This document shows, in pieces, positions 18,559-27,879 of a DNA stretch of 64,000 nucleotides. Numbering within the stretch: position 1 is the stretch's first letter; each line of letters opens with the position of its first letter. The translations under genes were made by a program, and so were the position numbers. The DNA comes from Candidatus Lutacidiplasmatales archaeon (GTDB lineage: Archaea; Thermoplasmatota; Thermoplasmata; Lutacidiplasmatales; UBA184): the NCBI GenBank assembly GCA_044451945.1, contig JBIOKR010000002.1, forward strand, positions 4,411-68,410, given 5' to 3'. The notes below the pieces were generated by a model, which made no database searches, was not told the DNA's origin, and was given only the letters and a program-made list of their open reading frames with translations.

Positions 18559-19998
18559 ATGAGAGAAGGAAGAATTCGAAAGATCGTCGCGATTCGGCGG
18601 GCCCGCCTTCGGCGGGATGCGCTGGCCGTGTCGCCGGTGGTCGCCACGTTGATCTTGATCCTCGTGGCGGTCGCGGCGGCGGCCGCGCTGTACCTGTGGC
18701 TCGTGGCATGGCAAGGGAACGTGACGAACGGAGTCGGAACCCCGGGCGCCCAGACGACCCTCTACATCGGCGGTAGCTCGTCGGTGTACCCCTGGTCGCA
18801 GAAGGCCGTGGCGTGGTTCGAACAGAACCAGTCGGATGTCGCGATCAGCCTGAACCAGGGCGGAAGCGGCGCCGGTATGGCCGCGGTCTGCTCGGGCCAG
18901 GTTGACATCGGCGCGTCCTCTTCGCCCCAGACGTTCAGCGCCTTGACGGCGCAATACGGTTGCCCGCAGACGGTCGTCCAAGAGACGGTCGCCTACGACG
19001 CGGTCGACGCGATTGTCCCGTCAGGTAACGTCCACGGACTCGTCAGCATCAGCTGGGACACGATGCAGGCCGTCTACGTCGCCGGCGTCGGGGGAGCCCC
19101 CGTCCCGGTCCAGGCACAGACCAACCTTCAGTCCTCGTCCACCTACGCGATGGACGGATCGGCGATCACCGGCTTCGCGGGCTACGCCGCCCCGGCCGCG
19201 AGCGGGTTCGCGTGGGACCAGATCCCCGCGTGCTCGATCCCCACCGTGGCCACTACGTGCGTTGGCACGACCAATGAAGCCGTGAACGCGGGCGGAATCG
19301 CTGCGGGCGTCACCGCCGCATGCGGTGGAACGTACGCCGGTCCGGCCCTCTGCTACACGGTCGCGGGTTCGCCCTGCGGGTTTGTAGTCTGCGCGGGCGG
19401 AACCGGTGCCGGTACCGCCGCGGGCCAGAACGGAGCGACGATCCACGCCTGGCAGCGCCAGGACTCGGGCGGAACGACCCAGTCGTTCACCGCGCGGCTC
19501 CTCGGCGTGGGCACGTCCTCGGCCGCCTCGACCGCCTCGGTCGGGTTCGGCGGATGCGCCCCCACTGGCCAGCTCACGGACTGCGGGATCGCCGGCTCCC
19601 ACCAGGGATTCGGTAACCCCGGCGTGATCTCCGGCGTCTCCGGAGACAAGGACGGTCTGGGCTACGCGTCGGACGGCCTCGTGGTCGCGTCCGGCTCGGG
19701 CGTGGTCGCGGTGGCCTTCCAAGGAATTGGACAGGCGAGCCCGGTCTTCCCGACGGTCGCATCGACCATCGTCGCGGGCATCGTTGCGGGCAACGGCGGA
19801 ACGTACGGGGCCAACACCTACATCGGCTGGCGCCCGTTCATCTACGTCGAGGAGAAGGCCCCGACGGGTGAGGCGCTCCGGTATCTGCAGTACGTCATGC
19901 AGCCGGGCACCAACCAGGACATCGCCCTGGCCTCGAACGAGCTCAGCCCCTTCCAGCCGGGTCTGGCGGGCCACGTGCCGGTGACACCGATTCCGTAA
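18559..19998 (+). CDS. pstS: PstS-like phosphate-binding protein with a class III (pilin) signal peptide and a Cys-rich insertion
   Basis: RRDALA/VSPVVATLILILVAVAAAAALYLW, then PstS motifs GSSSVYP, GGSGAG, DIGASS, VAYDA, RQDSGGTT, GNPGV, LGYAS, RPF.YV. Confidence 0.8.
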   Translation: MREGRIRKIVAIRRARLRRDALAVSPVVATLILILVAVAAAAALYLWLVAWQGNVTNGVGTPGAQTTLYIGGSSSVYPWSQKAVAWFEQNQSDVAISLNQGGSGAGMAAVCSGQVDIGASSSPQTFSALTAQYGCPQTVVQETVAYDAVDAIVPSGNVHGLVSISWDTMQAVYVAGVGGAPVPVQAQTNLQSSSTYAMDGSAITGFAGYAAPAASGFAWDQIPACSIPTVATTCVGTTNEAVNAGGIAAGVTAACGGTYAGPALCYTVAGSPCGFVVCAGGTGAGTAAGQNGATIHAWQRQDSGGTTQSFTARLLGVGTSSAASTASVGFGGCAPTGQLTDCGIAGSHQGFGNPGVISGVSGDKDGLGYASDGLVVASGSGVVAVAFQGIGQASPVFPTVASTIVAGIVAGNGGTYGANTYIGWRPFIYVEEKAPTGEALRYLQYVMQPGTNQDIALASNELSPFQPGLAGHVPVTPIP

Positions 19999-20130
19999 GG
20001 GCATCGAAGTCGCCCCGCGATAACCCCTTCATTTCCTCCGGGGGAGACCCCCCGGGGGATTCGATTTGTACACGACCGACCTTGCTCTCGAGGCCTCCTT
20101 CTCGGGACAAATCATGTTGACCAACGTCTA

Positions 20131-20150
20131 CATATACTCATGTCGATATG
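20131..20150. promoter_or_regulatory. Candidate ArsR operator/promoter (CATAT-N10-ATATG)
   Basis: Inverted repeat CATAT...ATATG in an AT-rich patch just before arsR ATG 20158. Confidence 0.45.
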
Positions 20151-20157
20151 CGTGGAC

Positions 20158-20526
20158 ATGGCTACGTCGATCAGGGGTGGGAGGGTGCTCGACGAGCGCC
20201 TGGCCCGGCTCGGCGGAGAAGACGAGCTCTGCTGTGTGCCGGAGTATCGGGGTCTCGCCAGGGCCGTCCGGGAGTCGGAAGGATTCCCCGCGAGCCTGAA
20301 ACGGGCCAAGGCGCTCGCGGACGAGCACCGCCTTCTCGCGGTCGCACTTCTCAAGCGCCGCAAGGAGCTGTGCGCCTGCGAGATTCAGGCCGCTACCGGT
20401 CTCAGCCACGCCACCGTGAGCCACCACATGCGTGTCCTCGTCGATGCGGGCCTCGTAGAGGAACGCCGGCAAGGGAAGTGGATGTACTATCGACTGGCCG
20501 AGGGAGCCAGGGAGAACTTACCATGA
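20158..20526 (+). CDS. arsR: ArsR/SmtB-family metalloregulator
   Basis: KALAD..RL, ELCACEI, SHATVSHHM, GKWMYY; first gene of the arsenic operon. Confidence 0.9.
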   Translation: MATSIRGGRVLDERLARLGGEDELCCVPEYRGLARAVRESEGFPASLKRAKALADEHRLLAVALLKRRKELCACEIQAATGLSHATVSHHMRVLVDAGLVEERRQGKWMYYRLAEGARENLP

Positions 20527-21317
20527 CGAAGAAGCAGGGAAATCTGGGCATCAACGAGGAGAGGCACGGCGCGGTCCGAGAGCGATACGGCGGCATCGCC
20601 GAAACTGGTGGATGTTGCGGCACCGGCTCCCCGGGCAGCTGCTGCGGGGACGCATCGGTCTCTTCCGAGCTCGGCTATAGCGCGAAGGAGCTCGAGAGCC
20701 TCCCGGAAGGTGCCAACCTGGGCCTGGGCTGCGGCAATCCGACGGCGCTCCTCGCCCTGAAGCCGGGGGAGGTCGTCCTCGACCTCGGGAGCGGCGCGGG
20801 GATCGACTGCTTCCTCGCGGCGAAGAGGGTCGGCGCCAAAGGCCGCGTCATCGGGGTCGACATGACGCCCGAGATGCTCTCGAAGACGCGGGAGAACGCC
20901 CGCAAGGGCGGATACAGGAACGTCGAGTTCCGGCTCGGGGAGATCGAGCACCTGCCGGTCGCCGACGGGTCCGTCGACGTCGTGATATCGAACTGCGTCA
21001 TCAATCTCGCCCCCGAGAAGGGTCCCGTCTACCGGGAGGCGTACCGGGTCCTCCGCGAGGGGGGGCGGTTCGCCGTCTCGGACGTCGTCGCGACTCGGCC
21101 GATCCGGGCCGCCGACCGGGCGAACCCCGCGCTCTGGAGCGCGTGCTCCTCGGGAGCGCTCGAGGTCAAGAAGGTAAAGTCGCTCCTTCGCGAGGCAGGT
21201 TTCGACAAGGTCGAGATCGAGCTCGCCCGGGGCACCGACACCCCGAGCTCCCTCAAGGACCAGGCATCGCTGGGGGTCGTGTCCGCCAGCATTCGCGCCA
21301 CCAAGACCGGGGGGTGA
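20523..21317 (+). CDS. arsM: Arsenite S-adenosylmethionine methyltransferase
   Basis: GCCG/SCCG, NLGLGCGNP, LDLGSGAGIDC, ISNCVINL, W.AC..GA. Confidence 0.93.
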   Translation: MTKKQGNLGINEERHGAVRERYGGIAETGGCCGTGSPGSCCGDASVSSELGYSAKELESLPEGANLGLGCGNPTALLALKPGEVVLDLGSGAGIDCFLAAKRVGAKGRVIGVDMTPEMLSKTRENARKGGYRNVEFRLGEIEHLPVADGSVDVVISNCVINLAPEKGPVYREAYRVLREGGRFAVSDVVATRPIRAADRANPALWSACSSGALEVKKVKSLLREAGFDKVEIELARGTDTPSSLKDQASLGVVSASIRATKTGG

Positions 21318-21325
21318 GGCGGAAG

Positions 21326-21775
21326 ATGACTCGCACGGTCCTGTTCATTTGCGTCGAGAACGCCGGCCGCTCCCTCATGGCGGAGGCGATGTTCAACGCC
21401 CACCCTCCCGCCGGCTGGCACGCCATCTCGGCGGGGACCCAGCCGGCCTACGCACCGAACCCGAGGACGGCCACGATGCTCCAGGAGATCGGGCTCGAGA
21501 TCCCGGCCCATCCGCCGACCTTGCTCACCAACGATATGATGACCGAGGCAGGGGCCCGGATCACGATGGGCTGCCTCGACAGCGAAAGCTGCCCGGCGAG
21601 GCTCAAGACCCTCGAGGTGACGGACTGGGCGCTTCCCGACCCCGCGAAACTGGACGACGCCGGCTTCCGGGCGGTCCGGGACGACCTCGCCCGGCGGGTC
21701 GAGGGGCTCTCCCGGGATCTCGCCCTGCGCGACCGGATGCGGCCGCAGTTCGGTAGAAGGGAAACTCCGAGTTGA
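21326..21775 (+). CDS. arsC: Arsenate reductase (LMW-PTPase family)
   Basis: VLFICVENAGRS (CX5R), SAGT.P, TMGC...CP, DW.LPDP. Confidence 0.9.
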   Translation: MTRTVLFICVENAGRSLMAEAMFNAHPPAGWHAISAGTQPAYAPNPRTATMLQEIGLEIPAHPPTLLTNDMMTEAGARITMGCLDSESCPARLKTLEVTDWALPDPAKLDDAGFRAVRDDLARRVEGLSRDLALRDRMRPQFGRRETPS

Positions 21776-22425
21776 CGCGCCCGCTCCTCGAGCGCTGCGC
21801 CGCTGAGGCGGCCGGAACGTTCCTCCTCGTCGGGATAGGGACCGGAGCGATCGTCGCCGCGGCCAACGCCGGGGGCGTGTCCCAGTGGGTGATGGCCATC
21901 GCGTGGTTCGGGGCGGTCGCGCTCCCCGTCCTGGCGTTTGCGTTCGTGAGCGGCTCCCACATCAACCCGGCGGTCACCCTGAGCCTCGTCGCCGCGCGCC
22001 GATTTCCCCCGAGGGAGGCCCTGCCGTACGTCGGGGCGCAGCTCGTCGGTGCCTTTGCGGGCAGCGCCGTAATTTGGCTCGTCCTCGGGAACGCGGCCCA
22101 CCTGGGGGCCACCCTGCCGAGGAACGGGAACCTGCTCGCGACCTTCGCCCTCGAGTTCGCCTTCACCGCCCTGCTCATACTGACCGTGATGTTTCTCAGC
22201 ACCCCCGGAAAGATCCCCTCGCGATGGGAGCTGCTGCTCCCGGCGGGCGCTGTCGGGCTCTCCACATGGCTCATCGGACCCTGGACCGGCAGTTCCCTCA
22301 ATCCGGCGAGGACCGTCGCCCCGGCGGTGCTCTCGGGGGACTACGCCGGGATCTGGGTCTACTTCCTCGCCGTACCTCTGGCGGCGCTCGCCGTCGCCGT
22401 CACGTTCCGCAAGGCGGCGCCGTAG
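21772..22425 (+). CDS. MIP-family aquaporin/aquaglyceroporin, probable arsenite channel
   Basis: SGSHINPAVT and SLNPART motifs; translationally coupled to arsC. Confidence 0.9.
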   Translation: MTRPLLERCAAEAAGTFLLVGIGTGAIVAAANAGGVSQWVMAIAWFGAVALPVLAFAFVSGSHINPAVTLSLVAARRFPPREALPYVGAQLVGAFAGSAVIWLVLGNAAHLGATLPRNGNLLATFALEFAFTALLILTVMFLSTPGKIPSRWELLLPAGAVGLSTWLIGPWTGSSLNPARTVAPAVLSGDYAGIWVYFLAVPLAALAVAVTFRKAAP

Positions 22426-22648
22426 CGCACGCGCTCGCCACCTCCGACCGCCGGGGGCCCGTCCCTTCGGGCTGCTTCCCCTGGAACCGGTGCGGACGAG
22501 CACCGCCCCCTTCCGCCGGGGTCCTAGCGTGGGCCCCGCCGCGTTGACGATAGGCCAGCTCTCGGCGAGCGCTGGCTGAAATCGGGTTACCGTCCGGGCC
22601 GGGCCCAACGCTACCTCGAGGTCGACGAGGACGGCCCACCGGCGGGGG

Positions 22649-23356
22649 CTAGTTCACCGCGAGGTTGGGTTTCTCGCCGAAGCCGGTCGCGCTCGGACGT
22701 CCGCTTCCGTTCAGGGAGAACCCTCTCAGGATCAACCATCCGGCGAGCGCCATCTCTTGGACCGCGATGGGCACGGCCAGAGCGTACTGGAAGCTGCCGA
22801 ACAGCCCCGTCAACCCCGCCCCGAACACGAGAACCGCGCCCGCCATCCCCCAGCCCGAGAGCCAGAGGGGAACGAGCCGGCTTCGGAAGAGGAGGTAGTA
22901 GAACAGCACAGCCCCGACCCCGAAGATGAGGGGGTCCGCGACGAACGCCCAGGTCCCGATTCCCTGCAACACGACCCCCGAGGTCGAGTACGATGGATCG
23001 GGTGGGGATCCCGCACCGACGTAGGCCTGACTCAGCGTGACCAGAAGGAGGGTTCCAACGGCACCTACGACCAGGATGACGGCTTCCACGACCCGGACGC
23101 CCAGGTACCCGGCGGCGATCCCTTCGTCATATCGGCGGAGGATGGGGAACAGGAAGGCGGCGATGAGGACAACGGCGAGCGCCGCTGTCAGTTGAAGCAG
23201 GGCGCCGGCCTTGACCTGGTCGGCATGGGCCGCCGCCTGGGTCAGGTAGTTCGAGGAGGTGCTCGGGGCGGTCAGCGAGGTCGCCGCCAGCGATGCGACC
23301 GTCGCGAGGACGAAGAGCCCTCCGACCACGATGGCGGTCTTCCGTGCGGCGTCCAT
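22649..23356 (-). CDS. DUF4386-family membrane protein
   Basis: Multi-TM; RKTA..G.LF..AT, LVP.WLS.WG, P.A..EM.LA.WLI..GF. Confidence 0.75.
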   Translation of the reverse strand: MDAARKTAIVVGGLFVLATVASLAATSLTAPSTSSNYLTQAAAHADQVKAGALLQLTAALAVVLIAAFLFPILRRYDEGIAAGYLGVRVVEAVILVVGAVGTLLLVTLSQAYVGAGSPPDPSYSTSGVVLQGIGTWAFVADPLIFGVGAVLFYYLLFRSRLVPLWLSGWGMAGAVLVFGAGLTGLFGSFQYALAVPIAVQEMALAGWLILRGFSLNGSGRPSATGFGEKPNLAVN

Positions 23357-23389
23357 GGCGACCTCGACGAGGGATCCCTCGTATCGCGT

Positions 23390-23671
23390 CTACGGGCGCT
23401 GGGCCCAGCCCTTGGCGTAGCTCGGGCCCCACCACATCCAGACCGCGCCCATCGTGCCTCCCAGGACGAGTGCCGAGACGAGGACGATGACCCCGCTCTG
23501 AAACAGCGTGAAGCCGGTGGCCCAGAACGCCACATACAGAAGCGAGAAGCTCAGCCACGCGATCGGAAGAACGATCGAGAACAGGACCCGTCGCCGGAAC
23601 CCTTGAAACCTCTCCCCCCACTCCCAGTCCGCATCGGCGCGCGCTCCGTGTGCGACTCCCGCTTCGGCCAT
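23390..23671 (-). CDS. Small two-TM membrane protein
   Basis: Two hydrophobic helices separated by FTLFQS; start uncertain. Confidence 0.65.
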   Translation of the reverse strand: MAEAGVAHGARADADWEWGERFQGFRRRVLFSIVLPIAWLSFSLLYVAFWATGFTLFQSGVIVLVSALVLGGTMGAVWMWWGPSYAKGWAQRP

Positions 23672-23949
23672 CGAAACCACCGAGATGGGATGTGAGGTCC
23701 CGCGGATAGGGCTCCCGTCGGTTCGAGTTGACCGACCGACGGTGGGGCACCGGAATGGCAAGGTGAGTGCATGCCGGACTGTGCAGGGAAGAACGGTCGA
23801 ATCCTGATACGGGCGTTTCCCCTGAGCGCTACGAGTCGCTGTCGGTCGGGGTTCGGCAATCCGCGCTTCCCGAGGGATATCCGCCCGAAGCCGCGGAGAC
23901 CGGCGGTTTGCGCCGGGGAATCCCCTCCCACCAGTTCATGCGGGCCGCG

Positions 23950-24014
23950 GAGGTGAGACCGAGGGAAACACCGGCATCTCGCCCTGTTTCGCCCCCTCTC
24001 TGTTCTCCCTTAAG
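23950..24014 (+). promoter_or_regulatory. Palindromic operator, copy 1 (GAGA-N6-GAAAC-N16-GTTTC-N6-TCTC), followed by TATA-like CTTAAG
   Basis: Near-identical to 28449..28513; lies directly upstream of the RadA-like gene. Confidence 0.7.
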
Positions 24015-24047
24015 CCGCGAATCCGGCATCGATGCCTCGACCTACCG

Positions 24048-24935
24048 ATGCTCGATCCTTCTCGCTGGGACGACGGGGCGATCCCGCTCGCTCCGCCGCT
24101 TCCCTCCCCGGAGCTCCTCGAGGAGCCTGACCTATCGGCACCGTCGCCGCCCCCGGAGGAGCTCGCCCGGATTGTCCGCAAGCGGCCGGGGGCGCGCCGA
24201 CGCAACCCGGCGACGCGCATCCTTCCCAGCGAACCGGCGCTCTTCGGCTGGCTCGCCGACCGTTTTTCCCCCGGGGAGGCGACCCTGTGGGCCGGCTCTT
24301 CCGCCGCGATCGAGCCGATGCTCGAGATGCTCTACGCCGGTTGCGCGCTCGCGGACGGGAGGGTCTCGCTGCTCGAGGGAGCGAACCGGTTCCATCCATA
24401 CCGCATCGGCGAGCGGGGCCGCAATCTCGGCGTCGCTCCCGAGGAGGTCCTCGAAAGGGTGCGGCTCGCCCGCGCGTTCACCGCCTACCAGCTGGTGGCG
24501 CTGGTCGACGCCTGGTCGAAGGAGGCCAAACGGAACCGGCCGACGCTGCTCGTCGCCCACGACCTTCCGGCGCTGTTCTTCACCGAGGAGGTCCCCGAGG
24601 CGGAGCGCGCTCCGCTCCTCACCTACGTTGCCGAGCGACTCTCGGAGGTCGTGAGCGAGACCGGTCTTCCGCTCCTCCTGACGCTCTCCGGCCCGCTCTC
24701 GCGCTTTCCCGGGCTCACGGAGAAGGGCCCGAGGTTCTTCGACTGGGTCCGGTTCCTGCCGGCCGGTGAGACCGGGATGAACGTCGAGGCGTTCCGCGAC
24801 GCTTCCCGACTGCGCTTGGTCACCCGGAGCGATGGGCAGCGCGGACTCGAGGAGTTCGCTTCCCAGGAGAATCAGGAGGTGATCATGTGGGGCGTACCGT
24901 CCCGACGTACCGCCAGGCGCTCGAGGAGCGGATGA
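24048..24935 (+). CDS. Inactivated RadA/Rad51-like protein (PolB2-associated)
   Basis: LEGANRFHPY and LERVRLARAFTAYQL resemble RadA/Rad51 core motifs; no Walker A lysine (LWAGSSAAI). Confidence 0.75.
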   Translation: MLDPSRWDDGAIPLAPPLPSPELLEEPDLSAPSPPPEELARIVRKRPGARRRNPATRILPSEPALFGWLADRFSPGEATLWAGSSAAIEPMLEMLYAGCALADGRVSLLEGANRFHPYRIGERGRNLGVAPEEVLERVRLARAFTAYQLVALVDAWSKEAKRNRPTLLVAHDLPALFFTEEVPEAERAPLLTYVAERLSEVVSETGLPLLLTLSGPLSRFPGLTEKGPRFFDWVRFLPAGETGMNVEAFRDASRLRLVTRSDGQRGLEEFASQENQEVIMWGVPSRRTARRSRSG

Positions 24936-25132
24936 AACGGTGGGAGGCGTTCGGCCGGCTCCTCACGACGCCCGAGGAGAAGGAGGCGTTCGCGACGCTC
25001 GTCCAAGGCGCCCGACGCTACGTGGCCCAGGCGACGTACGTGGGGAGCCCGGACCTCCTCGAATCGATCCTCCTCTCCGTCCTCCTGGACATGGCCCGAC
25101 GGTTGCCGGCCGAGAGCCGGAGCGCCGCATGA
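24887..25132 (+). CDS. Small helical PolB2-associated protein (arCOG07300-like)
   Basis: MGRTVPTYRQ..E..RW..F.R.L...EKEAF..L, ESILLS.LL; strong SD GGAGGTGA before GTG 24887. Confidence 0.8.
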   Translation: MGRTVPTYRQALEERMKRWEAFGRLLTTPEEKEAFATLVQGARRYVAQATYVGSPDLLESILLSVLLDMARRLPAESRSAA

Positions 25133-25227
25133 GCCGCACGGGGGCCCCCGAGGGGACCGTCGCGCCGCGTCAAGCCGGCTTGACGCTCAGTTCATGAGAG
25201 GCCCGACCGCACCCGTGCGGTAGGAGC

Positions 25228-26331
25228 GTGGCCGAAGTGGGGCTGGTCGGAGGGTGGGCAGAGCGGATCCGGGTGCTGTGGACCCGGGACCCGAAGGGGA
25301 TGTCGATCGATCTATTGCGCGTCGGGATGGGGGTGGTGTGGGCGCTCAACCTGATCTTCATCCTCACCCCGAGCAACCAGTACTTCCCGATGTTCCAGTC
25401 GATGGCGAGCGGCTACGACCAGACCACGTTCGGCGGTCCGGGGTTCGCTGACTTCGTCGCCTCGTACCCTGTCTTCTTCGCGTGGGCGATCGCGATCGTC
25501 ACGGGCTATCTCGCGATCGCGTTCCTCGCCGGGTTCACGACCCGGCTCGCGTGCGTGCTGGGAGCGCTCGCGTCGATCGCATTCCTCCTGACGCAGTTCT
25601 ACACGACCTTCGCGCTCGACGGGAGCGGCACCGACGTCGGAGCCCACCCGCTCTACCTGCTCGTCTACGCAATCATGTTCACCGGCGGCGCCGGGCAGTA
25701 CTTCGCGATCGACCACTGGGTGTGGACGAGCGGAAACGCGCGGGTCCCCCGGATCTCCCGGTGGATCGCCGCGCCGCGCGACCTCCCATGCAACGCGAAT
25801 TGTCCGGCCGCAGGGATGCACGAGTCGCCGCGCGCGGCCGCGCCCGAGCCCGCTCGCCCCGTGCCGACCGTCTCCTCCGCCCCCCGGTCGAAGGGCCACT
25901 GGGTGCTCCCGATGGTCTCGGTGGTCGCGGCCCTCGGCCTGGCCTCCGCCGGCATCTTGGCGATGCACGCACCGACCGCCGCGCCGGGAGCCACCGACAT
26001 CTTCGTCCAGGACATCCAGATGACCATCGACTACGCCGGGAACGCGAGCCAAGGGGGGTTCGGCCCCTCGGTGCAGGACGGATGTTGGGCGTGCGCCACC
26101 CACCTGTCGCCCGGCACGACGCTCATCGCGATGGAGATGCTCACCGACAACCACAGCAGCCTTCCGATCACCGTGACCTCGATGGCGGTCGCCTCGCCGT
26201 TCGTGCTCTCGTCGGGTCCGCACTTCCCGAAGACCGTGCCCGCCGGTGCGATGTGGATGTTCGACATCTACCTCCAGGTCCCGACGACGCCGGGCCAGTA
26301 CACCGTCGACCTCGCCTTCACCACCGCGTAG
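25228..26331 (+). CDS. DoxX/DoxD (TQO small subunit)-like membrane protein with a C-terminal extracellular beta domain
   Basis: LLRVGMGVVW, AF.AGF.TR, TDVG, GAG.YFAID; then an extra TM helix and an Ig-like tail with CWAC. Confidence 0.65.
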   Translation: MAEVGLVGGWAERIRVLWTRDPKGMSIDLLRVGMGVVWALNLIFILTPSNQYFPMFQSMASGYDQTTFGGPGFADFVASYPVFFAWAIAIVTGYLAIAFLAGFTTRLACVLGALASIAFLLTQFYTTFALDGSGTDVGAHPLYLLVYAIMFTGGAGQYFAIDHWVWTSGNARVPRISRWIAAPRDLPCNANCPAAGMHESPRAAAPEPARPVPTVSSAPRSKGHWVLPMVSVVAALGLASAGILAMHAPTAAPGATDIFVQDIQMTIDYAGNASQGGFGPSVQDGCWACATHLSPGTTLIAMEMLTDNHSSLPITVTSMAVASPFVLSSGPHFPKTVPAGAMWMFDIYLQVPTTPGQYTVDLAFTTA

Positions 26332-26972
26332 CGGGACCGCGCCGGGCCGATCGGTCAACTGCGGTTGAGCGGGGTGCGGCCGCGGGGAAACGCCTGCGGG
26401 GCCGACTCCTCCTGGCACGAGGGGGCCCGCGCAGTGCCGCGTGCCGTCGGGGAGGGCGAGGAGGGGAGGTGACGAGATTCGTGATCTCCGAGTCGGCCGC
26501 GCGGACCCGGGGGGGCTCGCGACCGCGTGGAGCGCGAGGAGCCGAGCCTCGATGCGTGGGAGAGTCCTGTCAGGGCCGAGAGGGTCGTGGCGGCACTGCA
26601 GATGATTCCCGGTGTTGCGCCGGGGTCGACCTCCGTTCGCAGGGAGGTCTGGATTATCGGAGACGAACCTCCTCCGGGGCGGGCGCCCTCCCGGCCGTCC
26701 GAGCACCGGACCGCTGCCTCCCGCTCGGACCGGCACCCTGAGGAACCCCGAATCCCGCCCCGGCAGCATCGAGTCGGGGCGGGCGAACAGCCGGTCGGCA
26801 GTCAGGCGGTGTTCATCGCCGCGATTTTCGACGCGACAGCGCGACGATCGGGATCCCACCGGAGTCTCCACCGTACCGGTGCGGTGGTCGAGCGCGATTG
26901 ACTTCCAGCTTATCCACTGAGTCCCTCCTGCCCGACTCAAGGGGTCCAAGCGGCCCCGAATTGGAGGAGAAC

Positions 26973-27707
26973 ATGGCTTTCACGCCGTTCGTGGACGACT
27001 TGGGCTTCATCGTCGCGCTGATCTTGGCCGCCGCCGGAGTGTTCACCTGGGTCTCGGTCCGGGCGTTCCTCGCGATCTTCCGGAACGACCCGAAGGCGTT
27101 GCGCGGGATCCTCAAGACATCGGCGGTCCCGGTGGGCACCATTGGGGTCACCAGCCTTCTCATGGGGCTCTACACCGAATTCACCTGGCCGTTCCTGCTC
27201 TCGGACGGACTGGGCTCGTATGACATCTTCTTCGGCGACGTCCTGATGATCTTCGCGATGGTGATGATCGTCTACTCGGTCGTCGCCTTCTTCGGCCTCA
27301 AGCTCGAGTACGCCGGCCTCTTCGCCCTCATCGGCGGGACGACCACCGCCTGGTACGGCTACTGGGGGTACACGACCCTCGTCAAGCCCGGCGTCCTCGG
27401 GCTGACGAAGGACCCTCTCGAGACCTTCCTCCTCTACCTCGCCTTCGCGGCCGCGGGCTTCTTCGCGCTCCCGGCCAGCCTCGCGGTCGACTGGTACCTC
27501 GAGCACCCCGGGCCGACCTGGACACCGTTCAGGTTCGCGCTCCGTCCGGTGGCGGAGATGACGGCGCCGGTCGAGGGGAGGTTCAAGCTTCCCATTTCGT
27601 TCTACCTGGCGACCGTCTGGTTCCCCCTCTTCGCCTTCTTGGCGTTCGTCGCAGCGTGGTTCTACATGGGGTCGATCCTTCCGGGTCACCTCACCAGCCC
27701 GCCCTGA
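26973..27707 (+). CDS. DUF981-family membrane protein (paralog of 8377..9153)
   Basis: FVDDL, WP...SYDIFFGD, TKDP..LLYLAF, LPGHL; SD GGAGGAG. Confidence 0.8.
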   Translation: MAFTPFVDDLGFIVALILAAAGVFTWVSVRAFLAIFRNDPKALRGILKTSAVPVGTIGVTSLLMGLYTEFTWPFLLSDGLGSYDIFFGDVLMIFAMVMIVYSVVAFFGLKLEYAGLFALIGGTTTAWYGYWGYTTLVKPGVLGLTKDPLETFLLYLAFAAAGFFALPASLAVDWYLEHPGPTWTPFRFALRPVAEMTAPVEGRFKLPISFYLATVWFPLFAFLAFVAAWFYMGSILPGHLTSPP

Positions 27708-27879
27708 GGGGAGGGCCTTCCGCGGCGGCTCCCGGGTGCCCCGGCTCCCCCGCCCCCGGAAGCCGTCCCCAGGTTGGGATGGCGCCCACGGCCTGCGTCA
27801 CGGGCCCCGAACATCGGCCGCTGCCCAATGGTCCGGGCCTCCGCCGGCTTCCCGCACCGGCGAGAGATCTCGAGCGACC

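Noticed and set aside
23811..23975. Long-range helix GGTGTTTCCCT/GGGGAAACGCC suggesting an ncRNA
   Set aside because: One arm is part of the duplicated operator, and no RNase P, SRP or riboswitch motifs are visible. Insufficient support.
26469..26901. Short ORFs between the DoxD-like and DUF981 genes
   Set aside because: No coherent frame or motif; possibly decayed sequence, but I cannot assign it.
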